Below, in pieces: positions 1 to 9,794 of a DNA stretch of 64,000 bases. The notes under the pieces are model-generated. The model worked only from the letters and a program-made list of their open reading frames with translations. It was not told where the DNA came from and did no database searches. Made by a program: the position numbers and the translations under genes. Source of the stretch: a virus; IMG/VR virus record IMGVR_UViG_3300029953_000001. One strand, written 5' to 3'. Within the stretch, counting starts at the first letter, position 1. The number at the start of each line of letters is the position of its first letter.

Positions 1-331
1 CGGTTTCTACTGGTCGTTTCTGACTTCGCCACTCACCCGGTAGTCTGTTCGCCCCTTCCCAGCCGCCAGCACCCCCATCAATCAGGTTGTAACAAAAGGG
101 GTCGCCCTTTAGTACGGTAAGGAGTTCAAACTCCTTACCATAGGCCGAGGTAGAATCTGGGTAGATAAACAAAATGGACTTCTGAAACTCATGGACGCCA
201 TACTTAGCTATCGCCTTTTTCAGGATAGAACCGGAACCCAGATACCTGTCATATGGGTCTTTAGTCTTATGGACGCCGATGTAATAACGGCCATTCACAA
301 GGTTGGTCGTCTTGTATACCGTATAAACCAT
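1..331 (-). CDS. GIY-YIG homing endonuclease, N-terminal portion (gene continues past window start)
   Basis: Minus-strand translation from ATG at 331..329 (overlapping stop of upstream ORF, TGATGG) gives MVYTVYKTTNLVNGRYYIGVHKTKDPYDRYLGSGSILKKAIAKYGVHEFQKSILFIYPDSTSAYGKEFELLTVLKGDPFCYNLIDGGAGG..., i.e. the GIY-x10-YIG signature. Absent from the ORF track only because it runs off the window edge; the plus-strand ORF 191..505 is its shadow. Confidence 0.75.
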   Translation of the reverse strand, partial: MVYTVYKTTNLVNGRYYIGVHKTKDPYDRYLGSGSILKKAIAKYGVHEFQKSILFIYPDSTSAYGKEFELLTVLKGDPFCYNLIDGGAGGWEGANRLPGEWRSQKRPVET

Positions 332-552
332 CAGTTCAATTCAACAATCGTGCCGACGTTGGACTTCACAGGCAAGTCCTTGCGGTTGTTCAGCGTGGTG
401 AAAACCCGCCTGATGCGAAAGTACGGATTCTCTTCCAAAATCTTTACACCACGGCCCACGGCGATGTGGACGTTGAGTGAGTTGTGCCCGTGCTCTAGCC
501 AGTAGACGCGGACTTCGTTATTCTGAGAAACAAGTTCGACCTGAGTAAACAT
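331..552 (-). CDS. hypothetical protein (73 aa)
   Basis: ORF with GAGGT RBS directly after the stop of the 561 aa gene; stop overlaps the ATG of the GIY-YIG gene. No recognisable motif. Confidence 0.5.
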   Translation of the reverse strand: MFTQVELVSQNNEVRVYWLEHGHNSLNVHIAVGRGVKILEENPYFRIRRVFTTLNNRKDLPVKSNVGTIVELN

Positions 553-562
553 AGTTAGACCT

Positions 563-2248
563 CTATCCCTTATTACTCACGGCGTCGATAATCTGACGGA
601 TGATTGCTCCCGAATTCTCAAACAAAGCGAGTAGGCCGGGGTGGAAATGACCGGGGTGCTCCTCAACCTCATACTTAAGGTCTTCCAAAGAGAACCATTT
701 AATCTCATCGGTCTCGTCCGCGAAGTCCAAGTTGGCCGAGCCACCCGGCATCGGGTTCAGGCCGAACTCAGTGGGCACGAGGCCGAGGAAGTTGAAATAC
801 CTGAATGACCCATCGGTGAAGACGAAGGCAGGAATGAGACGAATACCGCCCTTGTAACCAACCTCTTCCATCATCTCGTGTCGAGCACTCTCAGCCGGGG
901 ACTTGCCCTTCTGGATACCGCCCCCGATGGTTCCCCAGCAGTCCCCACCATTCATCTCAGCGTTACGCCAAGCCAAACAGATGCGACCCGTGGTCGTGCA
1001 GATAGGGAGAATACCTGAAGCTGCACCCCCGGCACCAACCCAGTAGCCGTTCTCATCTTCGTAACCCTTTTTCACAGTCGATGTCTTAGACTGGGCCTCG
1101 TTACCGTCTGGGGTGTTGTCTTCGCCTTCTTCAAGCTGCTCGTTCTTCTCGTCGTCCGGCGTGAGGTCGGTGGTCGGGTTGACTTCGGTTTCAGATGGTT
1201 CGATAACCTCATTGCCCTGCTCGTCCACAGCTTCCGCCGCGTCAGAGGATTCAGGGATGTCTTCCTTGTCGAGAATTGTCCAGTCGATGTAGTAAGTCGG
1301 AACCGGGTAGTTGCCTTCCTTCAGTTCTTCAATCGAAGGGAAGTCAGAGAAGGACACGCAGCGGCCATCGGTGAACTTCACGACCCACTCTTGCTTCTCA
1401 TCCTTCTCGTTGATGTAGATAGCCATGTCATCGCTGAGGGTGCCGTATGGAGTGAAGTGCTCGTCACCCACGTAGATGCTCTTGGGGATGCCCTTAACGT
1501 TGGTTGTCTTCATCTCAACGTCGTTGTCAAACTTTACCGTAGGAGTGTACTCTGGTCTCGTTGAACCTCGCTTGCCTCTACCTTTGGGGTAGATGGTGTT
1601 GAGCAATTCATTCTTGAAGCTACCACCCCCCAGAGGAATCGTGGCGGTGGGCTTGCCCCACTGGTCGTACACAATGAGGTACATTGGACGCGGCTGATTC
1701 TTGATGGTGCGGCTGCGGAAGTTCTGAATGATCTTACGTGCATCCTGCACCGTAGTCTTGGACGGCTTGTCGTAAGTCAACTCCAAGTGACGAACCGTCG
1801 GTGGACGCTTGAGTGTCTTTCCTGAAGAAGCGGTGACCACCTTGTCATAGGTTTCATTGACAAAGGACATGGGCAGTTTGAACGTACCTTCGAAGCTCTT
1901 CACGGTCGGGTCTTTGCTGATAGGAGACATGGACTTGTTAGTATCCGCTTCGCCCGTCATACCCTTGAAACAATTCAGCGTGGCAGCATAGACCTGCACG
2001 ATGATGGCTTGCTCGTACCCAGCCGTAATCATGAAGGACGACATCTCGTCAAGCAGCACGTGGATGGCTTCGGCAACAAGACCACTCATCGAGTTTGGTT
2101 TGTCTTCCACCAGCGGGAACTTCATAGAAAACACAGTAAAATTGGGAATTCCGAGGTCAAGGGAGATGAGGGCATAGGGCCGCGCATCTCGTATGATTGA
2201 AATGTCAAGGTTTCCGGTCGCTGGACTTAAGTAAGAGTTCTTATCCAT
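563..2248 (-). CDS. virion-module protein (561 aa) with C-terminal Nudix-fold domain carrying a degenerate Nudix box
   Basis: Last large gene of the minus-strand structural operon. Acidic linker, then GGGIQKGKSPAESARHEMMEEVGY (DNA 854..922), which fits GX5EX7REUXEEXGU with E->K and R->H substitutions. Surrounding beta-strand pattern (GILPI...GRICLAWR...WGTIGGG) is Nudix-like. Confidence 0.7.
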   Translation of the reverse strand: MDKNSYLSPATGNLDISIIRDARPYALISLDLGIPNFTVFSMKFPLVEDKPNSMSGLVAEAIHVLLDEMSSFMITAGYEQAIIVQVYAATLNCFKGMTGEADTNKSMSPISKDPTVKSFEGTFKLPMSFVNETYDKVVTASSGKTLKRPPTVRHLELTYDKPSKTTVQDARKIIQNFRSRTIKNQPRPMYLIVYDQWGKPTATIPLGGGSFKNELLNTIYPKGRGKRGSTRPEYTPTVKFDNDVEMKTTNVKGIPKSIYVGDEHFTPYGTLSDDMAIYINEKDEKQEWVVKFTDGRCVSFSDFPSIEELKEGNYPVPTYYIDWTILDKEDIPESSDAAEAVDEQGNEVIEPSETEVNPTTDLTPDDEKNEQLEEGEDNTPDGNEAQSKTSTVKKGYEDENGYWVGAGGAASGILPICTTTGRICLAWRNAEMNGGDCWGTIGGGIQKGKSPAESARHEMMEEVGYKGGIRLIPAFVFTDGSFRYFNFLGLVPTEFGLNPMPGGSANLDFADETDEIKWFSLEDLKYEVEEHPGHFHPGLLALFENSGAIIRQIIDAVSNKG

Positions 2249-2340
2249 ACACTAAGCTATTTAATAGTTCACTAATGGGTGGTCAGAGCTTTGTTTACAC
2301 GGACACGATTTGATGTATTATTGGGGGTCACAGGATGAGG

Positions 2341-5049
2341 CTACTCCTCGTAAGAGGAGAAGAAGTCGCCACCAGAAATTTCCCAACAGAGGTCAGTTCT
2401 GGGCGCAAGCAACCCCATGGGGTGTGTGACATCCCAGTTCGCCACTTCACCCGTGACATTGTTAGTCGAGTCCACCACCGCAATCCATTTGCTGGGGTCG
2501 GTGTAAGGGTTTGAACCGAAGCACTGCCAGACAATCGTGCCATCGTAAGTCGGCACAGTCTTGGACTGGCTGAAGCCGATGCGTGCTGTTGCCGAACCTT
2601 CCAACTGTGTCTCTGAATTGTAGTCAGCGTGAACCAAAGTCATGATAATGCTGGAGCCACTGAATGCAACTACGGGCAGCGTGAGTCCATTGAGAAACGT
2701 GGCGAACGAGAATCCGAGCAAGGTGATGAGACTGACATCATTTACCAAACCCATTCCCGCTGTGCTGTTCACAACCAACGTGAGCAGGTTGTTAGAAATA
2801 CTGACAGCATCAAACGTTGTCGCAACTGTCGCAACCGGTGATGTGAGACCCGGAGACGGAGGAGACTGAGGGGGCGACTGCGGCGATGAGCCCGAGTTTG
2901 CAATCTGGAGACTGCCGTTATTGTCAATCATCAACTGTCCTGTGTAAAAGTTAGTGCTAGGTGCCCACTGGCGAATGCCAGCAACGTAGAGACCGTTCTG
3001 TGCGAGGTAGTAAGCCTGATAGATTGATGGGGACGACAGCGGTGTCCAGTAGGTCTGGTTGGTGTCCCCAATAGGGTCTTGCCCTGTGCTCTTTTTCTTG
3101 GCACGATACAACTGCCAACCACCCGGTGTCCATACCCCCGCGTTGAAACTACCATCCTCTCCCCAGTACCGGCCACGCACGAGCGTGCCCTTGGGGTACG
3201 TGACAGTGGTGTCCCATACAGTAGGAGACGCATTCAACTGCTGCCAACTTGAGACCATGATAGGCGTGAGCACACGACGACCATATGCAGCCAACGTTGT
3301 GGTTGGGTTAGCCGGGTCGAATGTAGGAGCCTGATACAGCATCGGGTCGAACGGAGGCTCTTCCACTTGCTGAATAAGGATTTCCAACGTGTCGTCAATG
3401 CCAGTTCCCACGCAATTCAGGTTCTGATAGTAGCTCTGATAGTACGGCTGCTGTGAAATTGGTAGAGCAGCATAGGCCGCAATCGTAATCTCGGGCGTAC
3501 CGATGTTTATCCACACCAAATATGATGGGGGGCTAGTTGGAGGGCTCGATAGACCATCCTCAGTTGTCCCTTGTAGGGTAGGGTTCCAAGTGGGCTTGAT
3601 GGTACCAGAGACCCCGCCTACAAGGGTCAGTTGAACGTTACCGTTCGAGTCCTGAATGATAGTGCCAGCCGGGAAGTTGGTTGTGGCAATCCAGCCCTGA
3701 TAAATCTGCGTGGTAAGCGTGTAAGCGATGAGGGAGTAGTACGCTGCCTGTGCTGCTGGTAAGGTAGCTAACTGATACTGGGTCAGATACCGTGGGCTGA
3801 TGAAGCAGTTCACGTTCTCATCACCAAATGCACCAAATACTGTGGTGAACTCAAGACCAACGTGGGCTGGCTTGGCGAGGTCAATGGCAGTGTAGAGAGA
3901 GTTGGTAATTTGCTGCAACTCAGCGAGGCTTTGGATGTCTGTAAGAGGGTCGTCTCCACCAACGTTTACGCTAACTGCGATGGCGTTCCGGTCGCTCTGG
4001 TCATAAAACCCACCAGTCGTAATTTGCTTGTACAGTTCCTCCACGATGATGTTCTTGCCCGTGTAGGCGTAGATAACATCCTGAACAGACTTAGCTGTCG
4101 CACCTTCCTGATATGCGCTCAGGAGGTCAACCAACATATCACGATAGCCCACTGGGTATGCCAGCGGAGAAGGGGCTTGACCGTAATTTGTCCAGACAAC
4201 CGAACCATCGGTTGTAATCCCACCGAGTTCAAGAGACCATGAAGGCTGAGATGATGCCGTTGCGCCCGGAGTTGTCGCTACCTGCAAGTTGCCATTGCTG
4301 TCAACAATCACCGCGTTGGCGATGAAGCCGGTGTTTCCTGCCCATACCAAGAACCCTGCACCCTCAGCGCCAAAATCACCCATGTCAAACTGAGTCTGCT
4401 GTTGGAACGTGCCGGTAACAAACAGAGGATCAGCATACTCACGCTTGATGTCCGGGGGAGTAAGATACACCGGGTTCTTGGCTACAATGTCGTACGAGTA
4501 CATGTACTCGATACGAGCCAGTTCCATTGCGATGGCACGGATGAATGCACCCCAAAGGCTCTGGTCGTTTCGCGTAGTGTAGAAGTTGGCGACTGCACTG
4601 ATGAGGGAACGATACCGTGCGTCCTCCAACTGAATGAGGTCTTCGCGAGAGCGAAGGTAGTATTGGTCTTCCTGAGTAACAACAGGAACCATCACCCACA
4701 CAGTGGTGCCCGGCAGGGACGGCTGATGCTGTGGTTCAGCGCGACGGTGGTGGTGATGGTGCTGATGCTGTTTGCGCGGCTGCCATGGCTGGAGAGGGCG
4801 TTTATGCCGACGATCCCGGTGGTCCGCGCCCAGGAACACGTCCTTGAACTGGTTCATCCCCGCGTGCTGCACGGACCCGGCGGGAATTGCCGTCGATCCA
4901 GCAGGCAACGTGTGGGTGGCGGGATTCTGATTGAATGATCCACCCCTGCTCGTACAGATGTACGATTGGCTACTATACTGTACTGAGTCAAGGTAACTAT
5001 ACTCTGTGGTAGCAGACCAAGTTCCTCGCGGGTTGTAAATTGGCGTCAT
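2341..5049 (-). CDS. large tail fiber/baseplate-associated protein (902 aa) with a natural His-rich tract
   Basis: Long ORF in operon, Ser/Thr/Gly/Asn-rich fibrous composition. HKRPLQPWQPRKQHQHHHHHRRAEPQHQ near N-terminus (DNA about 4735..4830). Confidence 0.7.
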   Translation of the reverse strand: MTPIYNPRGTWSATTEYSYLDSVQYSSQSYICTSRGGSFNQNPATHTLPAGSTAIPAGSVQHAGMNQFKDVFLGADHRDRRHKRPLQPWQPRKQHQHHHHHRRAEPQHQPSLPGTTVWVMVPVVTQEDQYYLRSREDLIQLEDARYRSLISAVANFYTTRNDQSLWGAFIRAIAMELARIEYMYSYDIVAKNPVYLTPPDIKREYADPLFVTGTFQQQTQFDMGDFGAEGAGFLVWAGNTGFIANAVIVDSNGNLQVATTPGATASSQPSWSLELGGITTDGSVVWTNYGQAPSPLAYPVGYRDMLVDLLSAYQEGATAKSVQDVIYAYTGKNIIVEELYKQITTGGFYDQSDRNAIAVSVNVGGDDPLTDIQSLAELQQITNSLYTAIDLAKPAHVGLEFTTVFGAFGDENVNCFISPRYLTQYQLATLPAAQAAYYSLIAYTLTTQIYQGWIATTNFPAGTIIQDSNGNVQLTLVGGVSGTIKPTWNPTLQGTTEDGLSSPPTSPPSYLVWINIGTPEITIAAYAALPISQQPYYQSYYQNLNCVGTGIDDTLEILIQQVEEPPFDPMLYQAPTFDPANPTTTLAAYGRRVLTPIMVSSWQQLNASPTVWDTTVTYPKGTLVRGRYWGEDGSFNAGVWTPGGWQLYRAKKKSTGQDPIGDTNQTYWTPLSSPSIYQAYYLAQNGLYVAGIRQWAPSTNFYTGQLMIDNNGSLQIANSGSSPQSPPQSPPSPGLTSPVATVATTFDAVSISNNLLTLVVNSTAGMGLVNDVSLITLLGFSFATFLNGLTLPVVAFSGSSIIMTLVHADYNSETQLEGSATARIGFSQSKTVPTYDGTIVWQCFGSNPYTDPSKWIAVVDSTNNVTGEVANWDVTHPMGLLAPRTDLCWEISGGDFFSSYEE

Positions 5050-5052
5050 GCT

Positions 5053-8000
5053 TTAGCTCCCAGTCAGATAGCTCAGAGTGATTTTTCCGGGAACAATGTA
5101 CTCGGTGGACGACATGGTTATGTCAGTTGCAGAGCCTGATCCAAACACTTGATAAGTGCAGAAGAACGAGTACAGGGATGGGTTGATGGTCTTGCTTGGA
5201 AGGGTAATGATGACCCTCTGAGCGTAGGTCGAAGGTAGCGGGTTCGTCGGTGTGATGGAGTCTCCAGTACCGATGATGTAGAAGGAGCCAGACACCGACA
5301 TTGGAGGCAGACCCACCGCAGCCGCCGGAGTTACCGCAGTCGAGAGGAAGCTCTGAATCGAGGTTGTACGTGCGTACGCCTGACCTTGATAGAGGAAGCC
5401 AACGAACGCATCAACTTCGCCTCCCGAAGGAATCGTGCTGTCGGGAAGAACCGCACTCTGCGTGATGAAGCTATTGGCCGGAGTGGCCAAGCCAGCGAAT
5501 GCGGGGTCGGAGGACAAAGGAATCCATGTTGTGTTGGTTGGGATGACTACACCTATGTCATAGGAGCCGTCGCTCTTGGCACACTTCACCAACGGTAGGT
5601 TGACATTCTGCACACCAGTCACGCCCATGACCTGCTGAACAAGTTCAGACTGGTACAACGTCGTAGTGGCGTTGTCCATAACAAGATCAATGGTGGAGCG
5701 GATAATAGGATCAAGCGTGTCCGATGAGGCGTTAGGAGACAAGATCACTGTCATCGTAACGTCCACAGGGGTAGCAACCATGGACTTCACCAGAACATCT
5801 GCCGCCGCGTGCTTGAAGGTGGTAACTTGATTTGCGAGAATTTCTACAAAAGCCGGGTACTCAGTCGCAAAGGTGAACGCTTCTGTGATGAAGTACTCGA
5901 CTGTAACCTGTCCACCATCCGGGATGCGGGTGGTTTCAATGTTAGCTGCCGAGCGTGCAATTGCAGCCGTGCCAGAAAGGGGGTCTACAGTGAGAACAAA
6001 GTCGGTGTTCTCCTTCATAATTGTGCCGTTGTAAGTTACCTTGATGTACCGGCTGTCATGCGGTATCAGAGCCCCGATAAGACCCGTTGAAAGCGACAGG
6101 TTGATGGTGCCGTCCGAGTTGTACACCGCACCATCCAAGGTGAGCGTGGTGTTGCCATAACTCTCCGGGAGCCACGTGTTGTAGACGAAACCTTGATTGT
6201 CCAGCACTGAGTAGGAAGTCCCGGTCAACGTCTGCGTCTCCCCTGAAATGAGAGACACCTTCTCATTTATGGTGAACTTGTTATACGTTACCGAAATCTT
6301 CTGGTTGTTCTGAATCGTGCTACCTGTTAATGGTTGTATTCCATACGTATGGTATGAACCTGTGGCTAGGATAGTATAGTCTGTGCCGAAGCCGTACAGA
6401 GTTGACAAGTCGCTCGAACGAACCGACACCACGTTCCCCGGTGTGCCACTGGTGTTGGACACATCCATCGCTGAGTCAATCGTGACCGGCTGACCCAGAA
6501 GTGCTGTGATGGTTGCTGTTAGGGGAGCACTCGCTGCGGTCGAAACCTGCACAACATCCCCTGCCTGATTGGAACCGCCGTTGAGTAGGAAGTCTGATGT
6601 GTGAACAAGGTTGATGAGAGCCGTAGGAACGGCAGCAGTCTGAGTTGGCTGACCGATAACCGAGTTCACTGACACAATTGGCTGAAGGGCTGGGGTGTCA
6701 GACAGGGGGGACTGGTAACGTGCCAGTAACTGTAACGTCGTGTTACCCCCCTGAGATAGGTTGGATACCGCCGCCGCGTTGGTGGCCGGGACGCCGTTGA
6801 GCAGCAACGGCACCGACACCTGAGTGAACTGGTCACCGACAATCTGGTATGCCATGTCATTCGGGTTGAGGATGATGTAGCCATTCACATTGTCAAATTG
6901 AGCACGCTCCAAGCCGAGGTAGAAACTACCTGTGAGACGAGTTACAAGGAGAGTCACACCCTGATAGAGAGGGAAGGACAGTGTGGAGAAATTTGGAATC
7001 TGGAAACGCAAAGTACTTGCGTTGAAAGAGCCCAACGTGAGGTATGACGTAGGTGTGCCGAAAGTGCCGGTGTTCTGGTACTGGAATGCTACAACTTCAT
7101 CCTGCTCCGAGAAATTGATGCCACGGGTGTAGATGTCAACGCAGCCGTACACGTGCTTCTGACGGAGGTAGTCCCAATCCCGCAGCATCTCAGTGTCTCC
7201 CGCTGCCACAACAGTTGCCGCCACGATTCCGGGAGTTGCGAGAGCGGTATTAAGGTACCCATTGCGAGTACCAGAGTCAACACCAGTGATGAGACGGTTC
7301 TCGATACGAGCCGCGTACTTAGAGTTCAACTCATCGTCCAAACCAAAGGCGGCAGAATCTGGGTTGGTGCAGTACCAGCCTGATGGAGCCCCCGAGCCAA
7401 TGGTTCTTATGGTTCCCGCACCAGCGTTGGTATTGATGCCAGCCGACTGACAGGAAGCCGGTACGCTAATTGACCACCACTGATTGATGGGGTCGTAGAA
7501 AGTGCTTGCTGAGTTTGCTGTGATGGTTGCGGAGCCAGTTGTGGTGAAGGTGAGCGAGGGGGTCTGCGCATCTGGCACTGTCTGAACTGTAAGTCCAATG
7601 GGGAAAGCTACTGTTCCTGTGGGCTTGGTGTATGTATAAAACGTGAGTTGAACAACAGAGCTTGTTGCCCCGAGACGAGGGATACCCGCTCGTTCCCCCA
7701 GAATGTTAAACTGTTGGTCGATGAGTGTTTGAGTGTCGGCGGGATTCAACCCATAAGCACGGGCAAGCTGCTGCTTGATGGGAGACGAGGTGTATGGGTC
7801 GCTATAGCCATTCCCGCTCACATTATCCACTTGCGACAAGGCGGAGACCGACTGGCTCACACGAGAGAACCACTCACGTACACTCAAGTTGGCAAGCTCG
7901 ATGGATACAGGGTCAATCATCAAATCGCGTAGCTCAGAGCGTGGCGATAAGTCAAGGTTCGGGTAGTTTCTCGTAACTTGCTGAATCAAACGAGAGGCGA

Positions 8001-9024
8001 TGTCTTCCTTACGCTGGAGAGCGAGGAAGTCAGTGGGGGATACTAACTTGAGGTTGACAAAGCCACATGTAATAGGTCCGTTCTGCTGCGACTCAAACAC
8101 GTTCTGAGTGTTCGGGTCTTGGACTACTGTGGACAACATCGCGTAGAATATATCGGCGTTATTCACCACCGTCTGTGGGATGTCAACGTAGTTGAAGTTG
8201 GTCGTCTGAATCGTATCTACAGTGGTGGTTGTCTGAGTGCCCCCCGTTCCGTTGTAGGAAGTCGTAACCACTGAATCAAGAACTGACACACCTGAACGGC
8301 TCAACTGCGTTGGGGTTACAAGATCACCATACTGAACGAAGGGAGGGTTTATACCAGCCGGGTCAGTGGACAGCAGGATACGAGTACCTACGGTACCCGC
8401 ATATGTAGGCTGAGACCACTCTAGGCGGCATACGTTCTGAGCCTTGTAGGACTTGACGCCAGAGGGGGGTCCAATCAAGGTGGCACCATTGCTCACGAAG
8501 GGGATGAGTGTGAACTGGATGGTAGTCTGAGTGATGGCAATGAAACCGAGATTCTCCCACACCACACCGTTGTCCGTAGTGGGGGTTCCAGTGACTGTGC
8601 TGAACGCTGGAATGGTTGTACCTGATGTCCCAGCAGTGGTAACAATCTGCACGTAGCCATTGGGGTCAACGATACGATAACCCAAGGCATACGATATGCT
8701 GGCCGTCCATGGGGCGGCGAGAGGGTCGTAATTACGACCAACGATTTGAACTGTGGCGTCACCTTGGTTGGAGTCGATAGCTAGGGAGCCTGAGAAACTA
8801 TTCCTGTTGCCGTTAATCAGCAGCGGATTACGGTTGTAATTGGTCTGGTTGTAAAGCGAGATTTCAACTTGGCTAGTGTTGGTGTCCGCCAGCAAAATGT
8901 ACGCCAGCACTGTCGTGTCAACGGAGATGGCAACGGACTGACCCTGCTGCGCCACGGGGAGGACAGGGGAGACAAGTATAAGCGGGGTTAGTGTAGTCTT
9001 TGGTGTAGTCTTTGGTGTTGGCAT
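5053..9024 (-). CDS. giant tail fiber-like protein (1323 aa)
   Basis: Long ORF, Thr/Ser/Gly/Asn/Val-rich beta-rich composition typical of phage fibers. N-terminal PKTTPKTT repeat. 4-nt gap to next gene. Confidence 0.75.
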   Translation of the reverse strand: MPTPKTTPKTTLTPLILVSPVLPVAQQGQSVAISVDTTVLAYILLADTNTSQVEISLYNQTNYNRNPLLINGNRNSFSGSLAIDSNQGDATVQIVGRNYDPLAAPWTASISYALGYRIVDPNGYVQIVTTAGTSGTTIPAFSTVTGTPTTDNGVVWENLGFIAITQTTIQFTLIPFVSNGATLIGPPSGVKSYKAQNVCRLEWSQPTYAGTVGTRILLSTDPAGINPPFVQYGDLVTPTQLSRSGVSVLDSVVTTSYNGTGGTQTTTTVDTIQTTNFNYVDIPQTVVNNADIFYAMLSTVVQDPNTQNVFESQQNGPITCGFVNLKLVSPTDFLALQRKEDIASRLIQQVTRNYPNLDLSPRSELRDLMIDPVSIELANLSVREWFSRVSQSVSALSQVDNVSGNGYSDPYTSSPIKQQLARAYGLNPADTQTLIDQQFNILGERAGIPRLGATSSVVQLTFYTYTKPTGTVAFPIGLTVQTVPDAQTPSLTFTTTGSATITANSASTFYDPINQWWSISVPASCQSAGINTNAGAGTIRTIGSGAPSGWYCTNPDSAAFGLDDELNSKYAARIENRLITGVDSGTRNGYLNTALATPGIVAATVVAAGDTEMLRDWDYLRQKHVYGCVDIYTRGINFSEQDEVVAFQYQNTGTFGTPTSYLTLGSFNASTLRFQIPNFSTLSFPLYQGVTLLVTRLTGSFYLGLERAQFDNVNGYIILNPNDMAYQIVGDQFTQVSVPLLLNGVPATNAAAVSNLSQGGNTTLQLLARYQSPLSDTPALQPIVSVNSVIGQPTQTAAVPTALINLVHTSDFLLNGGSNQAGDVVQVSTAASAPLTATITALLGQPVTIDSAMDVSNTSGTPGNVVSVRSSDLSTLYGFGTDYTILATGSYHTYGIQPLTGSTIQNNQKISVTYNKFTINEKVSLISGETQTLTGTSYSVLDNQGFVYNTWLPESYGNTTLTLDGAVYNSDGTINLSLSTGLIGALIPHDSRYIKVTYNGTIMKENTDFVLTVDPLSGTAAIARSAANIETTRIPDGGQVTVEYFITEAFTFATEYPAFVEILANQVTTFKHAAADVLVKSMVATPVDVTMTVILSPNASSDTLDPIIRSTIDLVMDNATTTLYQSELVQQVMGVTGVQNVNLPLVKCAKSDGSYDIGVVIPTNTTWIPLSSDPAFAGLATPANSFITQSAVLPDSTIPSGGEVDAFVGFLYQGQAYARTTSIQSFLSTAVTPAAAVGLPPMSVSGSFYIIGTGDSITPTNPLPSTYAQRVIITLPSKTINPSLYSFFCTYQVFGSGSATDITMSSTEYIVPGKITLSYLTGS

Positions 9025-9794
9025 TAGTTACCTACTAACTGAGAGGCGGTCGTTAAAGAGAAACTTACAGGCACACCATTGGGAGCCCCGTAAGATACTA
9101 ATACGCCGGAGACAGCGACAGAGTTAGGGTCAATTTGAATCGTCTGCAAGTTATTTATATCCTTGAGCATCTCCTGCGGGTCAAGAGCCTGAACCGTACG
9201 CTGAGCCGACTGAACCTGCTTAAGATTTTGTAGTGCTGTCATGACCTCGTTGGAGATGTCGGTGTCAGTTATAGCGAACCCAAACTTCCTTCCGATGAAG
9301 GTCTTCAATCGGGAAGTGTACTGTGGGTAAAAGGCGCATACGGAAGTAAGTACATACTTCAGAACCTTCTGCACCAGCTTGTTAGTCCCCACGATATGCA
9401 GGACGGAGCCGTTACTAACCTGCGTGAGATTGTTTAGCTGACCCATGGTGCCACACTTCAGACAGAAATCCATGAGTGTGATGTAAGAGACCTCAATTAA
9501 CGGAATGTATGACCTAACGGGTAGGTTAAACTGAATCTTGTAGAACTGGTCTGAAGTCTGAACCCGGTTTACGTCCGGTGAAATGGTGTACCCATATACG
9601 GGGTCGGACGGAGAGACTAGCTGCCCCCGGATATACACCTCAACCAAGGCTGCACCATTGATAGGAGCACGCATGTTTAACCCTACATTAGCGGCAACGT
9701 GTAGAGTCCTAAAGTCCCCCACATCAACCACATAACGTTCAAAACTCTGAAAATGATCGCAGTTAGCCAACTGTACATCGAGGTCATAGCTCAT
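9024..9794 (-). CDS. structural protein (256 aa), function unknown
   Basis: ORF translationally coupled (overlapping start/stop) with flanking fiber genes. Confidence 0.65.
   Translation of the reverse strand: MSYDLDVQLANCDHFQSFERYVVDVGDFRTLHVAANVGLNMRAPINGAALVEVYIRGQLVSPSDPVYGYTISPDVNRVQTSDQFYKIQFNLPVRSYIPLIEVSYITLMDFCLKCGTMGQLNNLTQVSNGSVLHIVGTNKLVQKVLKYVLTSVCAFYPQYTSRLKTFIGRKFGFAITDTDISNEVMTALQNLKQVQSAQRTVQALDPQEMLKDINNLQTIQIDPNSVAVSGVLVSYGAPNGVPVSFSLTTASQLVGN

Noticed and set aside
191-505. Plus-strand 104 aa ORF in the track
   Set aside because: Lies antisense to a minus-strand reading frame that encodes an unmistakable GIY-YIG motif (and the 73 aa ORF); it has no RBS and is best explained as a shadow ORF.
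563-2248. Reading the 561 aa C-terminal motif as a canonical active MutT/Nudix box
   Set aside because: The first Glu and the Arg of the box are substituted (K and H), so only a degenerate box can be claimed; activity is uncertain.
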